DNA from: Octopus vulgaris
Lineage: Eukaryota
Assembly (NCBI GenBank): GCA_951406725.2
Contig: OX597841.1
Span: 17,546,001 to 17,610,000 of the forward strand
Reading direction: 5' to 3'
DNA: 64,000 bases
Positions 24,634 through 37,365 of the stretch are shown in pieces. Made by a program: the position numbers and the translations under genes. Numbering within the stretch: position 1 is the stretch's first letter; each line of letters begins with the position of its first letter. The notes beneath the pieces were generated by a model. The model saw only the letters and a program-made list of their open reading frames with translations, was not told where the DNA came from and did no database searches.

Positions 24634-24859
24634 CAGGGGTGGGCAAACTACGGCCCATAGGTTTTCATGCGGCCCGCCATAGGTTTTCATGCGGCCCGCC
24701 GAGAGGAATATTACACAAAATTTCCTTTCAATCAATTGTGTGTCTATAGGTCTATAACCGCCTTTAAAAATATTTTCACTTGATTTTTATAAATGAGGCC
24801 CGCCAAGGTTCCAAAGACGCACTGTGCGGCCCGCGATCAAAAAAGTTCGCCCACCCCTG
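24634..24859. mobile_element. hAT (Charlie-like) MITE, 226 bp
   Basis: TIRs CAGGGGTGGGCAAACT / AGTTCGCCCACCCCTG and a perfect 8-bp TSD ATATAGAG. Confidence 0.95.
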
Positions 24860-25596
24860 ATATAGAGTAATGTAGCTTTGCTTTAAACAACAGGAAGTCG
24901 CCACCACACCAACCCCTGCCGGAGCCTAGTGGAGCTTTTAGGTGTTTTCGCTCAATAAACACACACAATGCCTGGTCTAGGAATCGAAACCGTGATCCCA
25001 CTAGCCACTGGGCCATTGCGCCTCCACTAGAAGGAAGCTAGTTAATTTTATTTAATTTGCCACAAGGGCAGTACACAGAGAGTAGCTTCGCGGGCTGGAC
25101 ATAGACATTAATGAATGATGGTGAGGGAACGAAGATGGTGATGGGAGAAGACGAAAGCGCCTGCCGACCCCCGCTTCTCTAAGACAATGTTCTTTTTTTT
25201 CAATGAGTTCAAAAATGTTCAAAATTTTACAAATGTCACAAGAGACAATGAACCTCTTCTAGAAGGAAGCTAGTTACTACTTACCGTCTGTTGCAAAAGG
25301 ACGACCGCCAAAATATCGATATTTATACTAGAGTGTGACTACGATTACTTCATTTTTACTGTAGGGGTGACACAGCATAAAGCAAAAACACGAACTGCTT
25401 AGGAAATAATAAATTGTCTTTTCCCTGTCCTAAGCATCAATGCTTACTGATTTTTTTTTTTATTGCCCACAAGGGGCCAACATAGAGGGGACATCACAAT
25501 CTGATTTTGGGGTCAGATAAACGTATGATTTTTACAAAAATGTGAGATTAAAAATTAACAATATATAAAAAGAAACGAATTGGAAGACAGACTGGA

Positions 25597-25886
25597 TATT
25601 CTGCCGTTACGTTCTGAGTTCAAATTCCGCCGGGGTCGACTTTGCCTTTCAACCTTTTGGGGTCGATAAATTAAATACCAGTTACGCACTGGGGTCGATA
25701 GAATCGACTTAATCCGTTTGTCTGTCCTTGTTTGTCCTCTCTGTGTTTAGCCCCTTGTGGGTAGTAAAGAAATAGGTATTTCGTCTGCCGTTACGTTCTG
25801 AGTTCAAATTCCGCCGTGGTCGACTTTGCCTTTCATCCTTTTGGGGTCGATAAATTAAATACCAGTTGTGGGTAGTAAAGAAATAG
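25597..25886 (+). mobile_element. SINE A units (headless)
   Basis: Homology to SINE A. Confidence 0.85.
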
Positions 25887-26175
25887 GTAGCGGAACTAAA
25901 TTCCAATGTTATCAAAGCAGTGATTGCAACTGGCCTCCACAATAGTAAACGCCTGTTCATTCCGCGGATACCCCTTATCCCAACCGATAACCAGTTTCCG
26001 TTCCAATTAAGATGCAGGGAGTTTTCTATAAAACTGGCATTCTAATTCACAGCGAACAAGGCACAGGGCCTGACTATATAGATCGTGTAGGTGTATTTTT
26101 ACCCACTTCAATGTTTACACACGGTCACGTCGTTATAAGTAGAGCAACGGGCTCCAGTAATTTGAAAATTAGTAT
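25887..26175 (+). pseudogene. Helitron RepHel PIF1-like helicase C-terminal relic
   Basis: VAELNSNVIKAVIATG...LFIPRIPLIPTD...FPFQLRCREFSIKLAF*FTANKAQGLTI / DRVGVFLPTSMFTHGHVVISRA matches PIF1 motifs V-VI (TINKSQGQT...FSHGQLYVAxSR). One stop and one frameshift. Confidence 0.9.
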
Positions 26176-26207
26176 CGACCAAACAGAAAATAAGTTTTGT
26201 AATCATA

Positions 26208-26603
26208 TCTATATATATAAAACTGTAGTTGTGTGAGTGTCTGTCCCCTACGATTTAGATTCCTAACTACTCCCACATTTTGCGGTGCAGTTTAACCAAA
26301 ACCGGGTATCTTATAGTCGTGATTCATATCGAGCCCTTCTGGGTATTAGCGCGCGTCTACGATGAGTCTACGATTTAAAAAAAAATTTACCATCATTTTT
26401 TCCCATTTTAAAGCATATTTTTTAAATAAAGGGAAGTAACTCTCTAAAAATGTCTACGATGAGTCAACGATTAAAAAAAAAATTTACCATAATTTTTTTT
26501 CCATTTTTGATGCATTTTTTGCTGTTTTTAGGCTATAACTCTCTAAAAATGCTTTATAGTTATTTCCCTTACAAACCCGAGCAACGCCGGGCGATGCTGC
26601 TAG
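26208..26603 (+). mobile_element. Non-autonomous Helitron
   Basis: TC 5' end, subterminal hairpin, CTAG 3' end. Confidence 0.9.
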
Positions 26604-26855
26604 TTGATATTAAAATCCATTGACACATTTTTCAATACATACTGTTGTTATAATTTGTCTCCCTCGTTTTATACCGCCATCGTAGATGGACGGACTTGTT
26701 AGAGATTTTAATTAGTAAATCATCAACTGCCAGTCGTAGGCGAGATTCGAACTAAGTACTGCGCCCACCTCAGTCGTGTCAACAACAACAACATTTAACC
26801 AAACAGTAGAGCAATGAGCCATTTCATAACTGTTTGGTTTTGTCGTAACCTAAAC

Positions 26856-27031
26856 TACAATAGACTCGACTTGGCCACACACACACACACACACACGCAA
26901 TCAAGCATACAAACATTCATTAATACTTTCACACATATAAATCTACTCACATGCACACACGTTAAATCTTCTATAAATATTGATATCGTGTTCGCTTTCA
27001 GTTGAATTTTTTCTCTTAGAGAACGGTGAGT
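26856..27031 (+). promoter_or_regulatory. Gene A core promoter and non-coding exon 1 (about 27000-27025)
   Basis: TATAAAT at 26972, Inr TCAGTT with A at 27000 (28 nt downstream), donor ACG|GTGAGT (GT at 27026). The block is homologous to 37814-37992. Confidence 0.7.
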
Positions 27032-27300
27032 GACGATCCGATAATCTGTATAACTGCCTATGTTTAATTCAAAACTTTATTGCTTTTATTCCTATATATA
27101 TATATATATAATAATTAAGAATAGCCAAAACTCTTTGACTGCTATTTCTAAATTCGGTGTGTGGTGATGCAAATCGTTGCTAAAGCCTTAATTACTTAGT
27201 ATTACTTAAACCTTCCTTGAATGGGGCTTTTACATGCCGAAATCTAATTGGTGAAATTAATGATTATTCCAAATTAATTAATTTCACCCTTTATTATTAT

Positions 27301-27353
<53 letters not shown>

Positions 27354-27369
27354 TTTTTTCCCCACACTA

Positions 27370-28110
27370 GTAGGTTTTGGACATCTGCTGTACGCTCGCT
27401 CCACCATTTGTTGGCAGACGACACGCTACTCCTGACAGGCGGCATCTTGCCGCCACTCAGGAGATAATCTTCCAACCCATGCGAATGTTTTGTGTAGCCG
27501 TTCTTGATGAGAGGTTTCTGCGAAAGCGGAATGCAAATCCTACATCAACCTTTAATCGCATTTTATGACGCTCAGAGGAAACGTTGCGTCTATTCTCTGA
27601 CATGTCGGTCCCCTACACAGCATATTACTAGTCTTCGCAGACGACACTTTGTTGCTGGCAGACGACACCTTGTCACCACTCAGGCGACAGCACACTGACC
27701 CATGGATATGTTTGGGTAGTCGTTGCTAGTGAATTTTTACGATGTTGGGCCCCACTCCAACCATTTTTAGTCGCCATTTACGGTACGCCAAGGAATCGTT
27801 GGGCGTTTTCTTTGACATGTCGATAATAATGGTAAACCTAACATTATTAATAAAGAAGGATGAAAATGGCGTTGTAACAGCGCATCACTGCATTCGCCAT
27901 TTGTGGGCGATTCCATACTACTCGGAGCAGATGTCATCTTGTCGCCACTCGGACGGCAACCTTCCAATCCATGGGTCTTTTGGGGTCGTCCTCGTTGCTG
28001 CTAAGGGTTTTTATGAGGTCGGAGTGCAATTTCTACCTCCTACTTTTAGTCACCTTTTCACGACTCGCAGAGCAAACGTTGGGACCTCTCTTCAGCACGC
28101 TGGTCCCTTA
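27370..28110 (-). repeat. Diverged ~240-bp repeats (also at 20285-20870), possibly Tc1 transposase relics
   Basis: Shared motifs CCACCATTTGTTGGCAGACGACA, TTGTCACCACTCAGGCGAC and TGACATGTCG recur 4-5 times. Confidence 0.5.
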
Positions 28111-29084
28111 TAGCACAGTTTGTTAATTCACAAAAAAAAAAAAAGAAAGAAAAAAATGCATGCCCCTCATTAATTTAATTTCGAGTATTTACGATAGAAT
28201 ATTTTTAATATCCGAATTCCTTCTATTTTCGTTTCTCTTAGTGAATTTTCTCAAGTCTTTCTTCGATAACTGAACAAATACGTATACTGAACAGAATCTG
28301 CAGAAGAGCCAGTACCGAATAGTTTTTTAATATAATACAAGGTAAGCTCTATGTATTACGGTTTTCTCTTCGTATTTTACTTGTCCTACTACGGCCATGC
28401 TGAGGTACCGTTTCGAAGAATTTAGGAATTTCAAGTCTGGCTCTCGTACCCAAGGGCTACTTTGCTGACCTACTAAATAACGGTCATATAAACACGCTAA
28501 AGCGGTGGTGGGACATACACACACATGCACACGTCAGGCTTCTTTTAGTTTCTGTCTACCAAATCCGCTCAAGTTTCTAGTCTGCCAGAGGTAATAGAAC
28601 ACACTCATGACGCCTCTGGGAATTGAAACCAGATCCATGTGATTGGGAAGCAAAATTCTTTCAGCGGCTCCTTGCCAATTTCCGCTATCGAACGAACCTT
28701 GTTAAATTCAACCCTATTCAGAAAGACAACGTTGTTAATTACTTTAAAAATTACGTTGTTTTCCAGGGATGGACGAGGTATGCAAATTAGCTCACAGCTT
28801 CTGGTTAAGCAACGTTGTAGAGTTGTTTCGTCTCTGACCAAATTCTTGTAAATACACCACGTTTTCTGTTTCGTTGCTCCTCGTTAAGGTTCTGTTATTT
28901 CAGCATGTATCTAGCTGCTCCCTTTAGTTCGCGACTTGAATATTTACGGAGTCTCACTGTTCGCTAGTAGTACCTATGAATTTTTTATAATATAGTATTT
29001 ACAAATTATATATTAAATATCAAATGATTCATAGTATATATATATATAAATTAGTAAAATATAAAATATGTATACATAGGGCTA

Positions 29085-29565
29085 CGGCGAGCTGGCAGAA
29101 TCGTTAGCACGTCTGCCGTAACGTTCTGAGTTCAAATTCCGCCGAGGTCGACTTAGCCTTTCATCCTTTCGGGGTCGATAAATTAAGCACCAGTTACGCA
29201 CTGGGGTCGATGTAATCGACTTAATACCTATGTTTGTCCCCTCTATGTTTAGCCCCTTGTGGGTAATAAAGAAATAGGTGTTTCATCTGTCTTTATGTTC
29301 TGAGTTCAAATTCCGCTGAGGTCGACTTTGCCTTTCATCCGTTCGGGGTCGATAAATTAAGTACCAGTTACGCACTGGGGTCGATGTAATCGACTTAATA
29401 CCTATGTCTGTCCTTGTTTGTTCCCTCTGTGTTTAGCTCCTTGTGGGTAATAAAGAAATAGGTATTTCGGCTGCCGTAACGTTGTGAGTTCAAATTGTAA
29501 TCGACTTAATACCTATGTTTGTCCCCTCTATGTTTAGCCCCTTGTGGGTAATAAAGAAATAGGTA
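29085..29565 (+). mobile_element. SINE A multimer with internal deletions
   Basis: Homology to SINE A. Confidence 0.85.
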
Positions 29566-29698
29566 TTACGTGGCTCTGAGGGGGCTGTGGTCCAGTAAGT
29601 TTCAGGACCTTCGTGTAAAATCTCCGTTAAACCGGCAATCAGTTGGTATTTTCTTTTTTATTTCAGGTGACTGAATCCTGTTTATATTTGCATTTTTA

Positions 29699-29986
29699 AT
29701 GAATTTAAATCCGAACAATCATACGAAAATGTCTGAAGAAGCTATTATTAAGGGTTTCGCCGATGTCGTCAACTTTGTGTCCCGACTTATATTCGATGCA
29801 TGTCCTAGCTTAAAAATCCTGGAACCCGTGATTAAAGGTGTAATACCAGTGGTGGCAAAAGCAGTGATTGACTTAGATAAGGATCACCAAAGGGACGAAG
29901 GCGGTTATTATCGCTACCATGAATTGTCCTTCGATGGCCATTCGTCTACAGGAAGCAGACATGTGAAATCAAGATCGCGATGGTGA
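29699..29986 (+). CDS. Gene A: 95-aa apparent orphan protein in a single coding exon (acceptor AG at 29665-29666)
   Basis: Non-repetitive ORF just after TTTTCTTTTTTATTTCAG|. Amphipathic-looking N-half. ATTAAA at 30142. Homologous to gene B exon 2. Confidence 0.6.
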   Translation: MNLNPNNHTKMSEEAIIKGFADVVNFVSRLIFDACPSLKILEPVIKGVIPVVAKAVIDLDKDHQRDEGGYYRYHELSFDGHSSTGSRHVKSRSRW

Positions 29987-30672
29987 AGCTTCAACGGCCG
30001 GATATCGAAGGACTCGACATCGACTCGGCCGTGTATGCTCTGTTGTTGCAGAAACGTTCCAGTGTAGTTCTGAAGTGGGTTCGACTCCAAACAGGAACGT
30101 GGAAAAGTCTAAATACTTTCTTCGATAATATCTTGAAACATATTAAAATTGTTTTCGCTGTTCCACAAAAGTAATACAAAGTTTCACGTACATTTCGTGT
30201 AAGCCGAGAGACAGACTACACGTCCGTTTGAAATTTCCATTTGCTCTGGCTTTTGTGTTTAAACATTTGATATACATACATCTGTATAGTATAAACACAA
30301 ATGTATATATTTCCCTGTATAAATGTATATGTAAAAGTATGTACACAAATGTATATATATTTCGCTGTATATGTAAATGTTGCTAACCCCTGCATTCGAA
30401 GGAAAAGCTAATTTAATATCTATGGAACATCTACAGAAAAACCTGTGCTAATACCGTCATCAGTTTGTAAAATATATGTTAAAACCTTTGTTTTTCGTCT
30501 TTCGCCTCCGATACAATTTAAGAAAATTTTGTAAAATGCTTGAGTTGTTCTGAACTTTTCGTTTTTTTTCTTTTCGTGGCTAGATTTGAATACTTATTTT
30601 CGAATTCTAATTAAATTAGACTTTTTAAAATTTCAATACTTTCTGAAATTTACTCAGTGTCTGTCTGTCTGT

Positions 30673-30730
<58 letters not shown>

Positions 30731-31387
30731 CGCGCGCGCGCGCAGATCGTTTCGGACGAAATGCCAAGTAGACTTCATGGTCCGTTGCTTTCGCCGATCC
30801 TTCGGTATTGGTATACAGTGCTATAATGGGATGGTATAATTCACCCTCTTTATGAGCCTACCTTGCTCCTTTACGAGTGAATCGCAGGTCCCCGACTCGC
30901 TTTCGGGAATCGACTTCCAGGCCAGATTCCAAAAGTGGTAAGAATGCTGGGACCGGTCTATTGCTGTGCAAGATGCTTTTCGTAAATTTTGTAGTTTTTT
31001 TGTTTTCTTTAAGCATTAGTTCAAGAACATTTTGATACCACTTTGCGTATGGAGAAAGGTGTACAGGTGAATGTCGTCTACCAATACCGAAGGATTGCCT
31101 TACTTTGCAGCCTTTCACTGTCGATAGAACGAGTACCAATTGAACACTGGTGTCTATGCAATCGATTTAGCCCTCCTCTCGATTTTACTAACCTCGGGGG
31201 CTAAAATAGATTGCGTACGTGTATATAATTACAAACAGGTGAATTGTGAAATAACTCAGACGAATGTTAGATATCTCCCTTAATTTTTTTTTATTTCTGG
31301 ATTTGATATTTTTCTGCTTCAATTGATTGTAATTACGGAGATGCCCTTGCTCAGCAAGTGACTTGAACTGAGATCGTGTGCTTGAAC

Positions 31388-31900
31388 GAAAAGAATTGCA
31401 GCGTGGAATACCCTCCATCCGGCATTTGCCATATTCTGAACGCCTTACTTGCCTGGGCATGGACACATTGAAACTCCGACGTCTGGCAGCTGACTTGGCA
31501 GACACCCATAAGATTATTAACCATCGCACAAACAATAACTCTGAGCACCTTTTCAAACTACATCTGTCTAACACCTGTGGACATATTTACAAAGTCAGAA
31601 AACAGCACAGCTCCCATGACTTTAGGAAACATTTTTTTTCACGCTGAGAGTTGCTGAAGCATGGAACAAACTGCCGGCATCAGTTGTTAGTTGTCGGAGC
31701 ACTGCATCCTTCAAAAACTTCCATGCTTTCTGAGATTCGACAACACTACACCTGATTTTCTCCCCTCCATACACACACAAGCATGTATCTGACTCATACA
31801 TTGTTCGCTTTCCAGACATTTCTACATTACTGCATATGCTTTATACGCACTTTCTCACAAGTTGTGGTGCACCTGAGCACTGTATACAATAATTTCATTA
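31388..31900 (+). mobile_element. CR1-clade LINE 3' fragment
   Basis: IPSIRHLPYSERLTCLGMDTLKLRRLAADL...GHIYKV...RKHFF / RVAEAWNKLPASVV, a typical CR1 C-terminus. A further fragment lies at 32800-32970. Confidence 0.85.
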
Positions 31901-32024
31901 TATTTATAAGCCATTTAAGAAACACAAAAGCTGTTAGATTCACTTCATTTAAATTTAATTTGCATTATGGATTTTTGTCGGTGAACAGGTCGCGGTCTCA
32001 AAGCGACGAAAATATTTTGGCAAA

Positions 32025-32319
32025 TCTTTATATATAAAAGAGAAGTTGTGTGTCTGTCTCCTACGATTTAGATTCCTAACTACTCCCACATTTTGCGGTG
32101 CAGTTTAACCAAAACCGGATATCTTATAGTCGTGATTCATATCGAGCCCTTCTGGGTATTAGCGCACGTCTACGATGAGTCAACGATTAAAAAGAAAAAT
32201 TACCATTTTTTTCCATTTTAATGCATTCGTTCGCTATTATATAAGGGAAGTAACTCTCTAAAAATGCTTATATAGTTATTTCCCTTACAAACCCGAACAA
32301 CGCCGGGCGATACTGCTAG
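32025..32319 (+). mobile_element. Non-autonomous Helitron, short variant
   Basis: TC and CTAG ends with subterminal hairpin. Confidence 0.9.
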
Positions 32320-32461
32320 TTAAATTTAAATATTGAAGTGAATCTAACGGTTTATTGGAATGTTTGTTTCAATAATGAAAACACCCACCTATTTCAGATC
32401 TATAATTAAGAGATGAGGAATTATGTACTTTATTTATATTTGCCCTAATCTTGTTTGTTAT

Positions 32462-32512
32462 TAACACAACGTTTCGGCTGATATACCCTCCAGCCTTCAT
32501 CAGGTTTCTTGG
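32462..32512 (-). ncRNA. Minimal type I hammerhead ribozyme motif (Penelope-type)
   Basis: Minus strand: CUGAUGA-A-GGCUG-loop-CAGCC-GAAAC-GUU-GUG with an intact core. An inverted partner copy at 33149-33196 has a mutated core (CCGGUGA). Confidence 0.6.
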
Positions 32513-32585
32513 GGAAGTTTCGAACCTGGGTTGTCATGCCTAAGGTATTTTTCAACATGATGATGATGAGGCTGATAATGATGGC

Positions 32586-32720
32586 GGTGCCTTGGGAATG
32601 ATAGCAAAAGAGGCTGATTGCTACCTGGCTCAGATATCAGGAAACCCCAAAGTGGCAGAAATTCAAAAGATAGTGCTCATGGGAACTGCCCATATCCTAC
32701 GCAAAATACTTTCTATGTAA
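32586..32720 (+). mobile_element. R4/Dong-like non-LTR retrotransposon C-terminal fragment
   Basis: GALGMIAKEADCYLAQISGNPKVAEIQKIVLMGTAHILRKILSM* matches the GALG...IQK...GTAxILRKxL end of RLE-type elements. Confidence 0.75.
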
Positions 32721-33247
32721 TCTCAAATTTTAAAACAAACACATTTTCTTGTGGTTTCTTCAACATTCTCTAGAACAAGACTATGTACAAAACCAAATAT
32801 TTTTTTTCACGCTCAGAGTTGCTGAAGCATGGAACAAACTGCCTGCGTCAGTTGTTGACTGCCATGACACTGCATCCTTTAAGGCCCTCATGCTTTCCGA
32901 AATCCGCCGAAACTACACCTGATTATACATACTCAACATAAGTTGTAGTGCACCTGAGCACTGTACACAATGTTGTTGTTGTAGTAGTAGTAGTATTAGT
33001 GCACTCTAGGCATAACACCAACATGAACTTCCAACTTGAGGTCTCTGGGTGAGATTTCGAGCCAACTTGTACAAATGCAAAGCAAGTCAAACAAAATAAC
33101 CTCGAAAAATACCTTAGGAATGAGAACCCACGTTCGAAATTTCCCCAAGGCACCCGGTGAAGGCTGAAGGGTACATCAGCCGAAACGTTGTGTTAACAAC
33201 AAACAAGATGAGGACAAATAACCGTCAAATGTAAATAATGTACCCAC

Positions 33248-34430
33248 CTCTTTTTACTTGTTTCGGTCATTTGACTGCGGCCATGCTGGAGCACCGCCTT
33301 TAGTCGAGCAACTCGACCCCGGGACTTATTCTTTGTAAGCCCAGTACTTATTCTAACCGATAAGTGACGGGGACATAAACACACCAGCATCGGTTGTCAA
33401 GCAATGCTAGGGGAACGACTCACACACACATACATACATACATACATACATACGACGGGCTTCTTTCAGTTTCCGTCAAACAAATTCACTCACAAGGCTT
33501 TGTTCGGCCCGAGGCTCTAGTAGAAGACACTTGGCCAAGGTGCCTCGCAGTGGGACTGAAACCGGAACCATGTGGTTGGTAAACAAGCTACTTACCACAC
33601 AGCCACTCCTACGCCTATTTAATTTTTTCTTAATAAGATTATTTATTTATTTATTTTTTTTTTAGATAGTCTAAGCTTAAGACACAACATTTGCTCGGTT
33701 ACTATCTAGATGTTCAGCTTCATGTCTCTAATATAATATGCTGTATAGTAAGAATTCAAATAAAGTAGCCCCGAAAAGGGCTTTAATAGGTTCCCAGAGT
33801 ATATAGATTTTAGGTGGAAATTCTAATAAGGTATGTACACTACAATCGTGAAACCTGTTACGTAACAGCAGGCTAATCAGATATGAGATAATAACAATTC
33901 AAAGTAATTAACTGTGAAAAAAAAGCTTTTGTGCGTTCCCAGAGAATATTACCCTCAGCGAAGCTAGTGTTGGTATATTAGTGAATAAGCCACCAACCGA
34001 AATAAGTGGATCTATTGTTTAGGAGAATACTATTTACTTGTTTAAGCACTTGTTAACCAACCACATGGTTCCGGGTTCAGTCCCACTGCGTGGCATCTTG
34101 GGCAAGTGTCTTCTGCTATAGCCCCGGGCCGACCAATGCCTTGTGAGTGGATTTGGTACACGGAAACTGAAAGAAGCCTGTCATATATATGTATATATAT
34201 ATATATGTGTGTGTGTGTATGTGTTTGTGTGTCTGTGTTTGTCCCCCTGGCATTGCTTGACAACCGATGCTGGTGTGTTTACGTCCCCGTCACCTAGCGG
34301 TTCGGCAAAAGAGACCGATAGAATAAGTACTGGGCTTACAAAGAATAAGTACCGGGGTCGATTTGCTCGACTAAAGGCGGTGCTCCAGCATGGCCACAGT
34401 CAAATGACTGAAACAAGTAAAAGAGTAAAA
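33248..34430. mobile_element. Two divergently oriented SINE B copies (33248-33617 minus; 34042-34430 plus)
   Basis: Homology to SINE B. Confidence 0.85.
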
Positions 34431-34499
34431 TAGTAGTATTGGATAAAATGAGAAAATAACTAAAATAGTTCAAATTCTAAAAAGTAAGCATTACGAAAA

Positions 34500-34770
34500 T
34501 GAATGGGTTATTTCCCTTGCTGGCTATTTCCAAGAGGGAATGGGTTATTTCCCTTGAAAGCTTAAAAATCATTATTCCTACCGTTCATTCACACCCGAAC
34601 GTTATTCCTCACGCAGTTTACCCGAAAATTATTTTCTAAATCAATTTATACTTGAAACCTCCCCAGACACATAAGCAACGTGCGTGTGAAGTTTAAGAAA
34701 AATCGGTCGAGCCGTTTTGATGCAAAACGAGGACATACCGATACACACACATTCTCAATTTTAATAAGTA

Positions 34771-34772
<2 letters not shown>
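34500..34772 (-). mobile_element. 5' part of a second Helitron family
   Basis: Minus strand A|TCTTACTTATTAAAATTGAGAATGTGTGTG..., a Helitron-type 5' end. The 3' end was not found. Confidence 0.5.
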
Positions 34773-34811
<39 letters not shown>

Positions 34812-34814
<3 letters not shown>

Positions 34815-35595
34815 TTCTTTACTACCCACAAGGGGCTAAACACAGAGGTGACAAACAGGGACAGACAAACGGATCAAGTCGATTACATCTACCCAAGTGC
34901 GGAACTGGTACTTATTTAATCGACCCCGAAAGGATGAAAGGCAAAGTCGACCTCGGCCGAATTTGAACTCAGAACGTAACTCCAGACGAAATACCTATTT
35001 CTTTACTACCCACAAGGGGCTAAACACAGAGGGGACAAACAAGCACAGACAAACGGATCAAGTCGATTACATCGACCCCAGTGCGGAACTGGTACTTATT
35101 TAATCGACCCCGAAAGGATGAAAGGCAAAGTCGACCTCGGCGGAATTTGAACTCAGAACGTAACGGCAGACGAAATACCCATTTCTTTACTACCCACAAG
35201 AGGCTAAACACAGAGAGGACAAACAAGGACAGACAAACGGATCAAGTCGATTACATCTACCCAAGTGCGTAACTGGTACTTATTTAATCGACCCCGAAAG
35301 GATGAAAGGCAAAGTCGACCTCGGCCGAATTTGAACTCAGAACGTAACTCCAGACGAAATACCTATTTCTTTACTACCCACAAGGGGCTAAACACAGAGG
35401 GGTCAAACAAGGACAGACAAACGGATTAAGTCGATTACATCGACCCCAGTGCGGAACTGGTACTTATTTAATCGACCCCGAAAGGATGAAAGGCAAAGTC
35501 GACCTCGGCGGAATTTGAACTCAGAACGTAACGACAGACGAAATACGGCTGTGCATTTCTCCTGGTGTGCTAACGTTTCTGCCAGCTCGCCGCCT
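34812..35595 (-). mobile_element. SINE A, head plus 4 units
   Basis: Four ~184-bp tandem units. Confidence 0.9.
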
Positions 35596-35607
35596 TGAGA
35601 TATATAT

Positions 35608-35887
35608 ATGACGGGCTTCTTTCAGTTTCCGTCTACCAAATCTACTCACAAGGCTTTGGTCGGCTCGATGCTATAGGAAATACTTGCCCAAGGTGCCACA
35701 CGGTGGAACTGAACCCAGAACCATGTGGATGGGAGTGGCTGTGTGGTAAGTAGCTTCTTTACCAACCACATGGTTCCGGGTTCAGTCCCACTGCGTGGCA
35801 CCTTGGGCAGGTGTCTTCTACTATAGCCTCGGGCCGACCAAAGTCTCGTGAGTGGATTTGGTAGACGGAAACTGAAAGAAGCCCGTC

Positions 35888-35972
<85 letters not shown>

Positions 35973-36132
35973 CGCCGGAGTGGCTGTGTGGTAAGTAGCT
36001 TGTTTACCAACCACATGGTTCCGGGTTCAGTCCCAAGGCGTGGCACCTTGGGCAAGTGTCTTCTACTAGAGCCTCGGGCCAACCAAATCTTTGTGAGTGG
36101 ATTTGGTAGACGGAAACTGAAAGAAGCCCGTC

Positions 36133-36169
<37 letters not shown>

Positions 36170-37365
36170 CGTGTATGTTTGTGTGTCTGTGTTCGTCCCA
36201 CTATCATTGCTTGACAATCGATGCTGGTGTGTTTATGTCCCCGTCACTTAGCGGTTCGGCAAAAAGAGACCGATAGAATAAGTACTGGGCTTACAAAGAA
36301 TAAGTCCCGGGGTCGAGTTGCTCGATTAAAGGCAGTGCTCCAGCACGACATCAGTCAAATGACTGAAACAAGTAAAAGAGAGAGAGAGAGAGAGAGAGTA
36401 AGCTACTTACCACACAATCACGACTGCGCCTAGTTTTCCGTTAAATTTAAAAGTCCGTCTACGAGTGCTTGTGAATCGTCGATCGCGTCTATACATGATG
36501 GTATGTGCGAGGTTGAAGCAATCGAAAGTGATTCTGAAAGCCATTACAATTTACGAGACTCGCGGTCGTAGGATCGCGGTTTCGATTCACAGACCGGGCG
36601 TTGTCAGTGTTTATTGAGCGAAAACACCTAAAATCTCCACAAGGCTCCGGCAGGGGATGGTGGTGGTGATCCCTGCTGTACTCTTTCACCACAACTTTCT
36701 CTCACTCTTACTTCCTGTTTCTGTTGTACCTGTATTTCGAAGGGGCCGGCCTTGTCACTCTCTGTGTCACGCTGAATATCCCCGAGAACTACGTTAAGGG
36801 TGCACGTGTCTGTGGAGTGCTCAGTCACTTACACGTTAATTTCACGAGCAGGCTGTTCCGTTGATCGGATCAACCGGAACCCTCATCGTCGTAACCGACG
36901 GAGTGCTTCCACTCCACAATTTACGATCTTGACATTCTTCTTTACTTATAATATTCTTTACATTCTTCTGTCGAGTGGCTGTGTGGTAAGTAGCTTGCTT
37001 ACCAATCACATGGTTCCGGGTTCAGTCCAACTGCGTGGCACCTTGGCAAAGTGTCTTCTACTATAGCCTCGGGCCGACCAAAGCTTTGTCAGTGGATTTG
37101 GTAGACGGAAACTGAAAGAAGCCCATCGCATACACACACACACACACACGTGTGTGTGCGTGTGTGTGGCTGTGTTTGTCTCCCTCCCCCCCGCCATCGC
37201 TTGACAACCGATGCTGGTGTGTTTACGTCCGCGTAACTTAGCGGCTCGGCAAAAGAACCGATAGAATAAGTACTAGGCTTACAAAGAAAAAGTCCCGGGG
37301 TCGATTTGCTCGACTAAAGGCGGTGCTCCAGCATGGCCACACTCAAATGACAAGCAAATAAAAGG
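35608..37365. mobile_element. SINE cluster: several SINE B copies and a SINE C (36557-36910)
   Basis: Homology. SINE C is flanked by the direct repeat ACAATTTACGA. Confidence 0.85.
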
